DNA of 46,394 nt from Patescibacteria group bacterium (GTDB lineage Bacteria > Patescibacteriota > Doudnabacteria > UBA920 > 2-01-FULL-50-11): contig JAMDAJ010000059.1 of the NCBI GenBank assembly GCA_023485925.1, positions 1-46,394 on the forward strand, written 5' to 3'. This document shows positions 1-7,277 of this stretch, one piece after another. Position 1 is the stretch's first letter; each line of letters begins with the position of its first letter. Under the pieces are notes generated by a model that ran no database searches, was not told where the DNA came from, and saw only the letters and a program-made list of their open reading frames with translations. The position numbers and the translations under genes were made by a program.

Positions 1-696
1 TTCGTTCTCTGCCGTTCGAATGCTGCTCTCGAGTTAGTCTTTCCGTCCATTTGTCAGATTTGCGGCAAGCGAGGTTTGTCACTTTGCGATTTTTGCGCGT
101 CCGCCCTCCGCCTCAACCCCCTGCAAGCTTGCGCCTATTGCGAAAAGCCTGCCGCAAACGGCGTCACCCACCCCGCCTGCGCCCGGCGCCATGGCCTGGA
201 CGGCGCGCTGGCGGCCGGACTGTTCCCCCAAATCCAGGAACTTATCCATTATTATAAATACCTAAACGACACGGCGCTTTTCGTGCAAGGGGACGGGCAC
301 ATGGCAAAATTTTTGGACGGGTTTTCTTACCTTGAATACTTTTCCGCGTTTGAACTTGTGCCCGTCCCCTTGCACGAAAAGCGCCTGCGATTCCGGGGTT
401 TTAATCAAAGCGAACTTATAACGCAAACCCTCTCGGAGCTGTCCGGGATAAAACTGAACCGAACGATCCTCAAAAGGACAAAAAATACCGAAACCCAAAC
501 CCACTTCAATCGCGAAGCCCGCCAGCAAAATCTTCGAGAAGCTTTTCGAACGGCAGAGAACGAATACGTCAAAGGCAAGGACTTTCTGCTCATCGACGAT
601 GTCATCACCACCGGCGCCACGCTTTCGGAATGCGCCCGGACCCTAAAGCGCGCCGGCGCGGACCGCGTGTGGGGCCTGGTTTTGGCGCGGGGATGA
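1..696 (+). CDS. comF: ComF-family phosphoribosyltransferase-domain protein, 5' end outside window
   Basis: Frame 1 is open from base 1 (FVLCRSNAALELVFPSICQICGKRGLSLCDFC...), so the listed TTG start at 76 is internal. Paired CxxC motifs at the N-terminus and the PRTase motif LLIDDVITTGATL near the C-terminus. Confidence 0.85.
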   Translation, partial: FVLCRSNAALELVFPSICQICGKRGLSLCDFCASALRLNPLQACAYCEKPAANGVTHPACARRHGLDGALAAGLFPQIQELIHYYKYLNDTALFVQGDGHMAKFLDGFSYLEYFSAFELVPVPLHEKRLRFRGFNQSELITQTLSELSGIKLNRTILKRTKNTETQTHFNREARQQNLREAFRTAENEYVKGKDFLLIDDVITTGATLSECARTLKRAGADRVWGLVLARG

Positions 697-749
697 AATT
701 GAAAAAAAATGGGATTTAGGATAAAATTCGCTTAAGTTGCTCATTTGGT

Positions 750-843
750 GGAAGGGTGGCCGAGCGGCTTAAGGCAGCAGTTTGCTAAACTGCGGGGGGG
801 GTAATAGCCTCCCTCGCGGGTCCGAATCCCGCCCCTTCCGCCA
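750..843 (+). tRNA. tRNA-Ser (anticodon GCU), CCA encoded
   Basis: Acceptor GGAAGGG/CCCTTCC. Anticodon stem GCAGT/ACTGC with loop TTGCTAA. Long variable arm. T arm GCGGG-TCCGAAT-CCCGC. Discriminator G followed by CCA. Confidence 0.85.
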
Positions 844-916
844 AGTGCACACAGACTCAAACCGCTCCAAAATACGTAATTAATCTGAGATTTAATTACG
901 TTCTTATTTTCTTCAC

Positions 917-1459
917 ATGGCGGTCAAAATCACCTATTTCGTTCACGGCACGAGCATTGATAATGAAAACGGCAGTTCCTCCGGCTGGCAAGACTGCCCA
1001 CTTTCAAAGCTTGGCACAAAGCAGGCCAGAGATTTGAGAGAGCGGATCGACGGGAAAAAATTCGACGCCGTTTTTTGTTCCGACTTAAAACGCGCCAAAC
1101 AAACTGCCGCAATCGCTTTCGAAGGAGAAAAAATCATTCCCGAAAAAAGACTCCGCGAGTGCAATTACGGCGATTACAATGGCAGTCCAGAATCGCTGGT
1201 CGAACCGATGTGTAAAAAGCATGTTACGCAAATTTTTCCGGGCGGTGAAAGCTATGAGGACGTAAAATCCCGCCTGCAGGAATTTCTCATTGAACTCAAG
1301 CGGTCATACGATGAAAAACACGTCGCCATAGTCGCCCACAAGGCGCCGCAGCTGGCCTTAGACGTCTTGCTTAAAGGAAAAACCTGGGAACAGGCTTTTG
1401 CGGAAGACTGGCGCAAGACTAAGTCCTGGCAGCCGGGTTGGGAATATGAATTGAAGTAA
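917..1459 (+). CDS. histidine phosphatase (phosphoglycerate mutase-like) family protein
   Basis: N-terminal ITYFVHGTSIDNE (RHG-type motif variant), later VAIVAHKAP; length fits the family. Confidence 0.6.
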   Translation: MAVKITYFVHGTSIDNENGSSSGWQDCPLSKLGTKQARDLRERIDGKKFDAVFCSDLKRAKQTAAIAFEGEKIIPEKRLRECNYGDYNGSPESLVEPMCKKHVTQIFPGGESYEDVKSRLQEFLIELKRSYDEKHVAIVAHKAPQLALDVLLKGKTWEQAFAEDWRKTKSWQPGWEYELK

Positions 1460-1472
1460 AACCTTTGTCCGG

Positions 1473-1553
1473 TGTCATCCTGAACTTGGTTCAGGATCCA
1501 TCGAAAGTCGATTCTCTTCAAATAATGTGGATTCTGACCTGCGTCAGAATGAC
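1473..1553. repeat. GTCAT-hairpin doublet (two inverted hairpins, BIME/MITE-like)
   Basis: tgtcatcctgaac-ttgg-ttcaggatcc at 1473-1499 and ggattctgac-ctgc-gtcagaatgac at 1529-1553, in mutually inverted orientation. Same architecture and a similar spacer (cat(t)cga...ttcaaat) as 14135-14220. Confidence 0.75.
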
Positions 1554-1574
1554 TAAATCTTATAGACGGAATTT

Positions 1575-2333
1575 ATGCCCACCGACCTCAAACAACTCGT
1601 TATCGAAGAATTTTCCGGAGCAAACGCCCAAACGCTCTACCGGCAAAAAGCGCTGGAAGGGCTCTGGGACTCGGAAAAATTTTTTATCGGCAAATATTTC
1701 AAAACGCCGGGCAGGCTCTTGGATGTCGGCTGCGGAACCGGCCGAACGACCATTCGCCTTTCAAAAATGGGATTTGAGGTTATCGGGGTTGATCTGGTGC
1801 CGGCGATGATAACATCGGCCCAACAAATCGCAATCGAACAAAAACTAAATATCGATTACCGCATCGGCGATGCGACGAAGCTGGAATTTCCCGAAAATAC
1901 TTTTGATTACGCCCTGTTTTCTAATCAGGGCTGGACGCAAATCCCGGGACAAAAATCCCGGCGGCAGGCGGTTTCCGAGATTAAGCGCGTACTCAAACCC
2001 GGCGGCATTTTGATATTTACCGCGCATCCGCGGGTCTGGGCCCCCAAATTTTCCTTTTTTTGGCTGATGCAGGCACTGCGATTTTACCTCCTCAAACCCT
2101 TGGGCTTCAAAATCTATGAACAGGATTTTGGCGACCGGTTCTTTGACCGTGAGTCAACCGACCCTGGCCGGACTTATTCCACACGACAATACATCCATAT
2201 CCCTTCGGTTAAGGAAGTGAAAGCTGATTTGTCGGCAACCGGATGGAAACTGCTGGAGGCCAACGGTAAACTGCAAATCTCAAACTCGGACATCCGCGAC
2301 TACCCGCCAGTATTTTACGTTTGCCAAAAGTAG
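1575..2333 (+). CDS. class I SAM-dependent methyltransferase
   Basis: Motif [13 protein letters not shown], acidic GVDL, post-[11 protein letters not shown]. Confidence 0.8.
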   Translation: MPTDLKQLVIEEFSGANAQTLYRQKALEGLWDSEKFFIGKYFKTPGRLLDVGCGTGRTTIRLSKMGFEVIGVDLVPAMITSAQQIAIEQKLNIDYRIGDATKLEFPENTFDYALFSNQGWTQIPGQKSRRQAVSEIKRVLKPGGILIFTAHPRVWAPKFSFFWLMQALRFYLLKPLGFKIYEQDFGDRFFDRESTDPGRTYSTRQYIHIPSVKEVKADLSATGWKLLEANGKLQISNSDIRDYPPVFYVCQK

Positions 2334-2335
2334 AA

Positions 2336-2926
2336 ATGGTTGAATATAAAATCGTTTTTGGCGCTCTTGCGGTTATTACTGGGCTCATTGGTTATATCCC
2401 TTACTTTCTGGATATTTTTAAGGGCTCCACCAAACCTCATATCTTTTCGTGGCTTGTGTGGGCAATACTGGAAACAATCGGGTTTTTTGCTCAAGTAATA
2501 AAAGGCGCGGGACCCGGCTCCTGGATGACCGGAACTACCGCGATTCTGTGCCTGGGCGTATTCTTCAGCGCCTTAAGGCACGGCGAAAAAAACATCACCC
2601 GCATCGACTGGGTGTGCCTTGCGAGCGCGCTTTGTGGGATTGGGGCTTGGCAAATCACCAAAGACCCTTTCTGGGCGGTAATCATCGTGGTGATCACAGA
2701 CCTAGTCGGCTTTATTCCAACGTTTCGCAAAGCTTACAACAAACCCTTCGAGGAAACGCTGAAACTTTATTTACTAAGTGCTCTAAAGGCCTCGCTGGCC
2801 CTGTTCGCTCTCGATTCCGTAAACCCGACCACTGTTATGTACCTTGCCTCACTGGTTGCCTCAAACGCTTCGTTCAGCATCATGCTCGCGGTAAGACGCG
2901 CTTCCCTGAAAAAAATAACCGTCTGA
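2336..2926 (+). CDS. polytopic membrane protein, unknown function
   Basis: About 6 hydrophobic helices. ATG at 2336 preferred over TTG at 2321, which overlaps the upstream stop. Confidence 0.6.
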   Translation: MVEYKIVFGALAVITGLIGYIPYFLDIFKGSTKPHIFSWLVWAILETIGFFAQVIKGAGPGSWMTGTTAILCLGVFFSALRHGEKNITRIDWVCLASALCGIGAWQITKDPFWAVIIVVITDLVGFIPTFRKAYNKPFEETLKLYLLSALKASLALFALDSVNPTTVMYLASLVASNASFSIMLAVRRASLKKITV

Positions 2927-2927
2927 T

Positions 2928-3500
2928 ATGAACGACAAAGAAATCGAAATCCAAGTGCAGATCGAGAAAGCCGAACCGCTTTTGAATTTTTTGGAAAAGC
3001 ACGGCGATTTTAAATACGAATCGCGCCAGACTGATGAATACTTCACACCGTCTCACCGTGACTTTATTGCAATTAGACCGGTGAAAGAATGGCTTCGACT
3101 GCGCACCGAAGCGGGCAGGCACACCATCACTTACAAAAACTGGCATTACGGAAGCGGTGGCCGGAGTTATCACGCCGACGAATACGAAACCCAAGTTGCC
3201 GACCTCGCGAGCCTTAAAAAACTTTTCTTGGCACTAAACTTTAAACCCTTAACCGCGGTGGATAAAACCCGCCGCGTGTTCCAATATAAAGACTACGAGA
3301 TCGCTTTGGATAGCATCAAAAATCTGGGCGAATTCGTAGAGATAGAGTACAAGGGACGGGCTCGGAGCGAAGCGAAAGTAATCTATAACGAAATGGTCGA
3401 ATTCTTGCGGGGACTTAACTGCGGAAAAATCCGCCGCAACAACGGCGGCTATCCGTTTTTGCTGATGTTCCCCGAAGAAGCAAAATATGAAGAAATTTGA
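2928..3500 (+). CDS. CYTH-domain protein (class IV adenylyl cyclase / triphosphate tunnel metalloenzyme family)
   Basis: N-terminal EIEIQ (ExExK-type) motif, FVEIEYKG strand near the C-terminus, about 190 aa. Confidence 0.7.
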   Translation: MNDKEIEIQVQIEKAEPLLNFLEKHGDFKYESRQTDEYFTPSHRDFIAIRPVKEWLRLRTEAGRHTITYKNWHYGSGGRSYHADEYETQVADLASLKKLFLALNFKPLTAVDKTRRVFQYKDYEIALDSIKNLGEFVEIEYKGRARSEAKVIYNEMVEFLRGLNCGKIRRNNGGYPFLLMFPEEAKYEEI

Positions 3501-3502
3501 CT

Positions 3503-4033
3503 ATGGAAAAACTCATCCTTGTCGACCGCCGTGACCGGCAGATCGGCATTATGGAAAAACTGGAGGCGCATAAGCTCGGGCGGCTGCACCGCTGCTTTTC
3601 AATTTTCATCACAAACGGCAAAGGCCAAACCCTCCTGCAACGGCGGGCGCTAGATAAATACCACTCGGGGGGCTTATGGAGCAATAGCTGCTGCGGCCAC
3701 CAACGACCGGGCGAACACACGCTTAAGGCCGGCGAGCGCCGCCTGAAAGAAGAATTCGGCATCGACTGCCGTCTCAAAAAAATCCACACCTTCCTCTACC
3801 GAACCGAATTCAAAAACGGACTCATTGAATATGAATTCGACCATGTCCTCACCGGATATTTTGATGGCACGCCACCCCAGCCCGATCCGAAGGAAATACT
3901 TGAATGGAAATGGATATCACTTGCGAACCTGCAAACTGACATTTTTACCTCCCCCCAAGACTATACCTACTGGCTGAAGGCCTGTTTTGCCGACGTCGTT
4001 CCTTTGCTTAATAATCGACCTCCAAGGGCATAA
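3503..4033 (+). CDS. idi: isopentenyl-diphosphate delta-isomerase, type 1 (Nudix fold)
   Basis: LHRCFSIFITN, LLQRRALDKYHSGGLWSNSCCGHQRPGE, RRLKEEFGI, EYEFDHV. The TTG at 3497 is an alternative start overlapping the CYTH stop. Confidence 0.85.
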   Translation: MEKLILVDRRDRQIGIMEKLEAHKLGRLHRCFSIFITNGKGQTLLQRRALDKYHSGGLWSNSCCGHQRPGEHTLKAGERRLKEEFGIDCRLKKIHTFLYRTEFKNGLIEYEFDHVLTGYFDGTPPQPDPKEILEWKWISLANLQTDIFTSPQDYTYWLKACFADVVPLLNNRPPRA

Positions 4034-4123
4034 ACAGCTCTCCGCCTTTGCGGTCTGGTGTCTTTTATGGCATAATAAAAGAAACGTTAGGCCGTTTTTT
4101 TCGTCTTATTAAGCAGTCGCCGA

Positions 4124-4708
4124 ATGAAAATTCGCCCGGCTAAAAACCTCAAATCTAACGCTGGCCTCGATAATTACACCGATCAACTGGTGAGTTTGGC
4201 GTCTGCCGGCGACCAAAAGGCCTACGAATCGCTTTATCGGGAATTTTTTCCGAAAATCTCGCGTTTCGTAAATTACCGGGTTTCCCACAGAGAGACGGCG
4301 GAAGATTTGGTTGCCGAGATTTTTGTTAAGGCCTGGCAAAGTCTGCAGGGCAGCTCGGAAGTATCCTCTTTTCCGAAATGGATCTTTACCATCGCCCGCA
4401 ATCGCGTTATCGACCACTATCGCACCAAGCGACCGACCGCCGACCTGTTTGAGCTGGAAAACCTTCTGGAATACGAAGACAACATTGTTAACACTATCGA
4501 TTTAGATATAGCCTCGCGGCAGTTTCTGGAAATTTTGGACGAGCTGCCGTCCGATCAGCAGCAGGTTATCCGCCTCAAATTTTTGGAAGATCTGGCCAAC
4601 GAAGAGATCGCGGCCATCATTGATAAAACACCCGGCACTATCCGCGTTATCCAACATCGGGCCATCGGCGCGCTAAAAAAATTGCTTAAAACTCCGCCCA
4701 ATAACTGA
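4124..4708 (+). CDS. ECF-type sigma-70 family RNA polymerase sigma factor
   Basis: Region 2 (DLVAEIFVKAW, RNRVIDHYR) and region 4 HTH (NEEIAAIIDKTPGTIRVIQHRAIGALKKLL). Confidence 0.85.
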   Translation: MKIRPAKNLKSNAGLDNYTDQLVSLASAGDQKAYESLYREFFPKISRFVNYRVSHRETAEDLVAEIFVKAWQSLQGSSEVSSFPKWIFTIARNRVIDHYRTKRPTADLFELENLLEYEDNIVNTIDLDIASRQFLEILDELPSDQQQVIRLKFLEDLANEEIAAIIDKTPGTIRVIQHRAIGALKKLLKTPPNN

Positions 4709-4709
4709 A

Positions 4710-5705
4710 ATGAGTAAAAAACCGGAAGACATTTTGGATGAATATCTCGCCCTTCTCCACAAAGAAGGAAGTTTTTCTGCGATAAAAAATCAACTGCCCC
4801 AATCGCGCGCGCTGGCCGAGCAATTATCCGTCGCCGACCTGGCCTGGCATATTCCGACCAACAAACCGGTATTAGACCAAACCGCCGTATGGAACCGGGT
4901 CGCCCAGCAAATCAAAACGAATAGTCCCCAACCCCAGGCCGCACCTCTCGCTTCGCCCGCCTCCCGCCTGCTCTCCGGATTTTCCCTTCACATCCCCAAA
5001 ACGGCCTTTGCCGGCATCATGGCGGTGATGATGCTCTGGATGGTCAACAGCGCGGCGGTCGCCGCGAGCAACAGCCTGCCTGGCCAGACACTTTACCCCG
5101 TCAAGCGTACGGTGGAAAGGATCCAACTCACGCTGACTTTGGACGACGTAAAAAAAACCGAGATCCGCATCAAGCACGCTGAAACCCGGCTGAACGAAGC
5201 TAAAACTATCGTCGACACCAGCTCTTCCACGAACGAAAAAATCATCGAACAGGCCTTAAACGACCTGAAATCCGCCACGACCCAGGTTGCCGATGAATCC
5301 AGCGACAATACGGATTTGCTGCAAAAAGTGGTAGAGCTCACCGACAAGCAGGAAAACCTCCTCCCTGCCATCCAAGATAAAGTCACGGGCGATGCCAAAA
5401 AAATAGCGGACGAGGCCTTAAGCACCGCCAAAGAGACAAAGACTACGGCCGAAAAAAATCTGGAAGAATTGAAGAACCAGGATATCCAATCCGACGACAC
5501 GGCGACGACAACGCCGGATTCTTTGGAACACCCCTCAAGCACGCCGTCCCAGATCAAAGGGGGCGGCGAGGACGCGACGAGCACCGATGATACTATTTGG
5601 AAACTCGGGTCGCCTTCCGAAACCAGTACCGGAATAGAAATTCCGCCAACGGAGCAATTAGATAACGAAGAAACGACAACCCCACAAATCCTGGAATTGA
5701 AGTAA
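4710..5705 (+). CDS. putative anti-sigma factor-like membrane protein
   Basis: Starts 1 nt after the sigma gene stop. Single TM helix (FAGIMAVMMLWMVNSAAVA), extracytoplasmic coiled-coil, acidic Thr/Ser-rich tail. Confidence 0.5.
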   Translation: MSKKPEDILDEYLALLHKEGSFSAIKNQLPQSRALAEQLSVADLAWHIPTNKPVLDQTAVWNRVAQQIKTNSPQPQAAPLASPASRLLSGFSLHIPKTAFAGIMAVMMLWMVNSAAVAASNSLPGQTLYPVKRTVERIQLTLTLDDVKKTEIRIKHAETRLNEAKTIVDTSSSTNEKIIEQALNDLKSATTQVADESSDNTDLLQKVVELTDKQENLLPAIQDKVTGDAKKIADEALSTAKETKTTAEKNLEELKNQDIQSDDTATTTPDSLEHPSSTPSQIKGGGEDATSTDDTIWKLGSPSETSTGIEIPPTEQLDNEETTTPQILELK

Positions 5706-5736
5706 ATCTTCCATGGAATTTTTCAAATGACCTCCT

Positions 5737-5773
5737 CCCCCGACTTCCCTGCGGTCGTCGGGGGTTTCCTTTG
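5737..5773 (+). terminator. intrinsic terminator after the sigma/anti-sigma pair
   Basis: Stem cccccgac/gtcggggg followed by tttcctttg. Confidence 0.6.
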
Positions 5774-5795
5774 CTCCGCTAGACGCTCGCCTTCT

Positions 5796-5835
5796 GTCAT
5801 TCCTGCCTGCCGGCAGGCAGGCGAAGGCGGGAATC
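5796..5835 (+). repeat. GTCAT-hairpin repeat (single)
   Basis: gtcattcctgcctgccggcaggcaggcgaaggcgggaatc, with palindromic core. Confidence 0.6.
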
Positions 5836-6149
5836 TGAAATTGATAGCTTCAATAAAGTTCGAGCCAACCAGCCTGGGCTCGCGGAAACAGTCCTCCTCA
5901 CTCCGTGAGTCGGACCACTCCTCCCCGCTTCCGTTTTCCATTCGGAAAACGAAAGCGGGGTTTCCTGTAATGTAGTAAAAACCCGCCCTCGGCTTACAGG
6001 AACGCGGGGTTTTCCGGTAGAAGCACTTCGATTTTTGGCTCCGCTGTTTGCAAAATAAGACTGGATTATTTTGAAGACCAGACCTATCAGTGGTTAGGGC
6101 TTCAGGCATCCTAGCTAAAAACAAACAGCATCGAAGTCCCCTACCAGGT

Positions 6150-6178
6150 TTTCTATTGTGTCGATTTTCTGGTATAAT
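6150..6178 (+). promoter_or_regulatory. sigma-70-like promoter with extended -10, about 180 nt upstream of tRNA-Ser(UGA)
   Basis: tttcta/ttctat as -35, then TGgTATAAT at 6170-6178. Confidence 0.5.
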
Positions 6179-6355
6179 GCTGGGGTAAAATTGTAATAAA
6201 CATGCGGCGGGCTTTATCCCTATGGAGGTCCCCTGCAAAAAACCCCTTCTAAACTAGCGGGCCCGCATAGTGTAAGTTGGTTTTCAGCCAAAGGCTGATC
6301 CGCCTCTGGCGGAAGCGCACCGGTCTTGTCCGCCTTCATTTGTCCAATCCAGTGA

Positions 6356-6443
6356 GGAGGGGTGGCCGAGTGGTTTAAGGCGACGGTCTTGAAAACCGTT
6401 ATCCGTCTAAAGCGGATCGCGAGTTCGAATCTCGCCCCCTCCG
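6356..6443 (+). tRNA. tRNA-Ser (anticodon UGA), CCA not encoded
   Basis: Acceptor GGAGGGG/CCCCTCC. Anticodon arm ACGGT-CTTGAAA-ACCGT. Long variable arm. T arm GCGAG-TTCGAAT-CTCGC. Confidence 0.85.
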
Positions 6444-6487
6444 CACTGGATTGAATTGCGGCTGATCCGCCGAAGCTAATTTTTTTT

Positions 6488-6549
6488 GGAGGTGGAAAAA
6501 CCGGAACGGCTCAAAACCGTCGCGAGTTCAAATCTCGCCCCCACCGCCA
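6488..6549 (+). pseudogene. degenerate tRNA-like fragment: anticodon arm, T arm and CCA, but no D arm or variable arm
   Basis: ggaggtgg...acgg-ctcaaaa-ccgt, then gcgag-ttcaaat-ctcgc, then ccccaccg-cca. The T arm differs by 1 nt from tRNA-Ser(UGA) 45 nt upstream. The acceptor pairs at only 5 of 7 positions. Confidence 0.5.
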
Positions 6550-6588
6550 TCAAACTCTAAACACTTCGTTCAATTAAAACCAAAATCT

Positions 6589-7062
6589 ATGCCGCAAAAA
6601 CAAACAATCTCCTGGAAAGCGCCAGAATATACTTTTTTCCAAAAATCTTCTGCCTGGTACGTCGTTGTCGGAGTAATCGGCTTGGGCTGCCTGATATACG
6701 CCGTTTCCAACCAAGACTATGTCATGCTTATCACTTTAGGAGTGATGTTCGCAGTCGGCGCCTGGCTATCCTTCAAAAAACCGAAAACTATCACCATAAC
6801 CCTCAACCAGCGCGGGGTCTCCATTTCCGGTGTTCTGTTCCCCTTTGAGACGGTTTTAAAAAAATTCTGGATCCACTATCATCCTCCCCTGCAAAAGACC
6901 TTGAATTTTGAAACCACTAATTACCTCAACCGCGATATAACCCTAGAGCTGGAAGACCAGGACCCGCTTGAGATAAGGAGTTTCCTCTTGGAACATATGA
7001 ACGAGGACATAGACCGCGAGGAAACTTACTTTGATAGGCTTCTGCGCGCGCTAAAATTTTGA
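6589..7062 (+). CDS. small membrane protein, unknown function
   Basis: Two adjacent TM helices followed by a soluble domain. Confidence 0.6.
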   Translation: MPQKQTISWKAPEYTFFQKSSAWYVVVGVIGLGCLIYAVSNQDYVMLITLGVMFAVGAWLSFKKPKTITITLNQRGVSISGVLFPFETVLKKFWIHYHPPLQKTLNFETTNYLNRDITLELEDQDPLEIRSFLLEHMNEDIDREETYFDRLLRALKF

Positions 7063-7183
7063 GAATCCTCATTATCGACGATGGACAAAACGGAAAAACC
7101 TTAAATCATCTTTCGTTCGTCGATGCCATATTTCACTAATTACCACACATAAATAACCGTCTAACACCTTCCGATATTGTTCC

Positions 7184-7255
7184 CCTCTCGTCGTTCAATG
7201 GATAGGACGCAAGATTGCGGATCTTGCAATGTAGGTTCGATTCCTACCGAGAGGA
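7184..7255 (+). tRNA. tRNA-Arg (anticodon GCG) with C1-G72 first pair
   Basis: Acceptor CCTCTCG/CGAGAGG. D arm GTTC-AATGGATA-GGAC. Anticodon arm CAAGA-TTGCGGA-TCTTG. T arm GTAGG-TTCGATT-CCTAC. Total 72 nt. Confidence 0.7.
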
Positions 7256-7277
7256 GAAGAGTATCGGAAACGAGAAA

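Noticed and set aside
1465-1809. 114-aa ORF beginning MSGVILNLVQDP, and the minus-strand ORF at 1252-1521 (WILNQVQDD)
   Set aside because: Both are translations of the GTCAT hairpin doublet, and both overlap the well-supported methyltransferase or phosphatase genes.
5723-6238. 171-aa minus-strand ORF and 82-aa plus-strand ORF in the 650-bp gap
   Set aside because: Both read through palindromic repeats (AGMTEG and similar repeat-derived peptides). They have low-complexity R/P/S composition and no start context.
5706-6355. RNase P RNA, SRP RNA or 6S RNA in the long spacer
   Set aside because: I could not find the conserved GGAAAGUCC or ACAGAA(A/C)CCGGCUUA strings, nor an SRP domain IV GNAR loop with AGCA/GGAA symmetry. 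It remains only an unclassified candidate.
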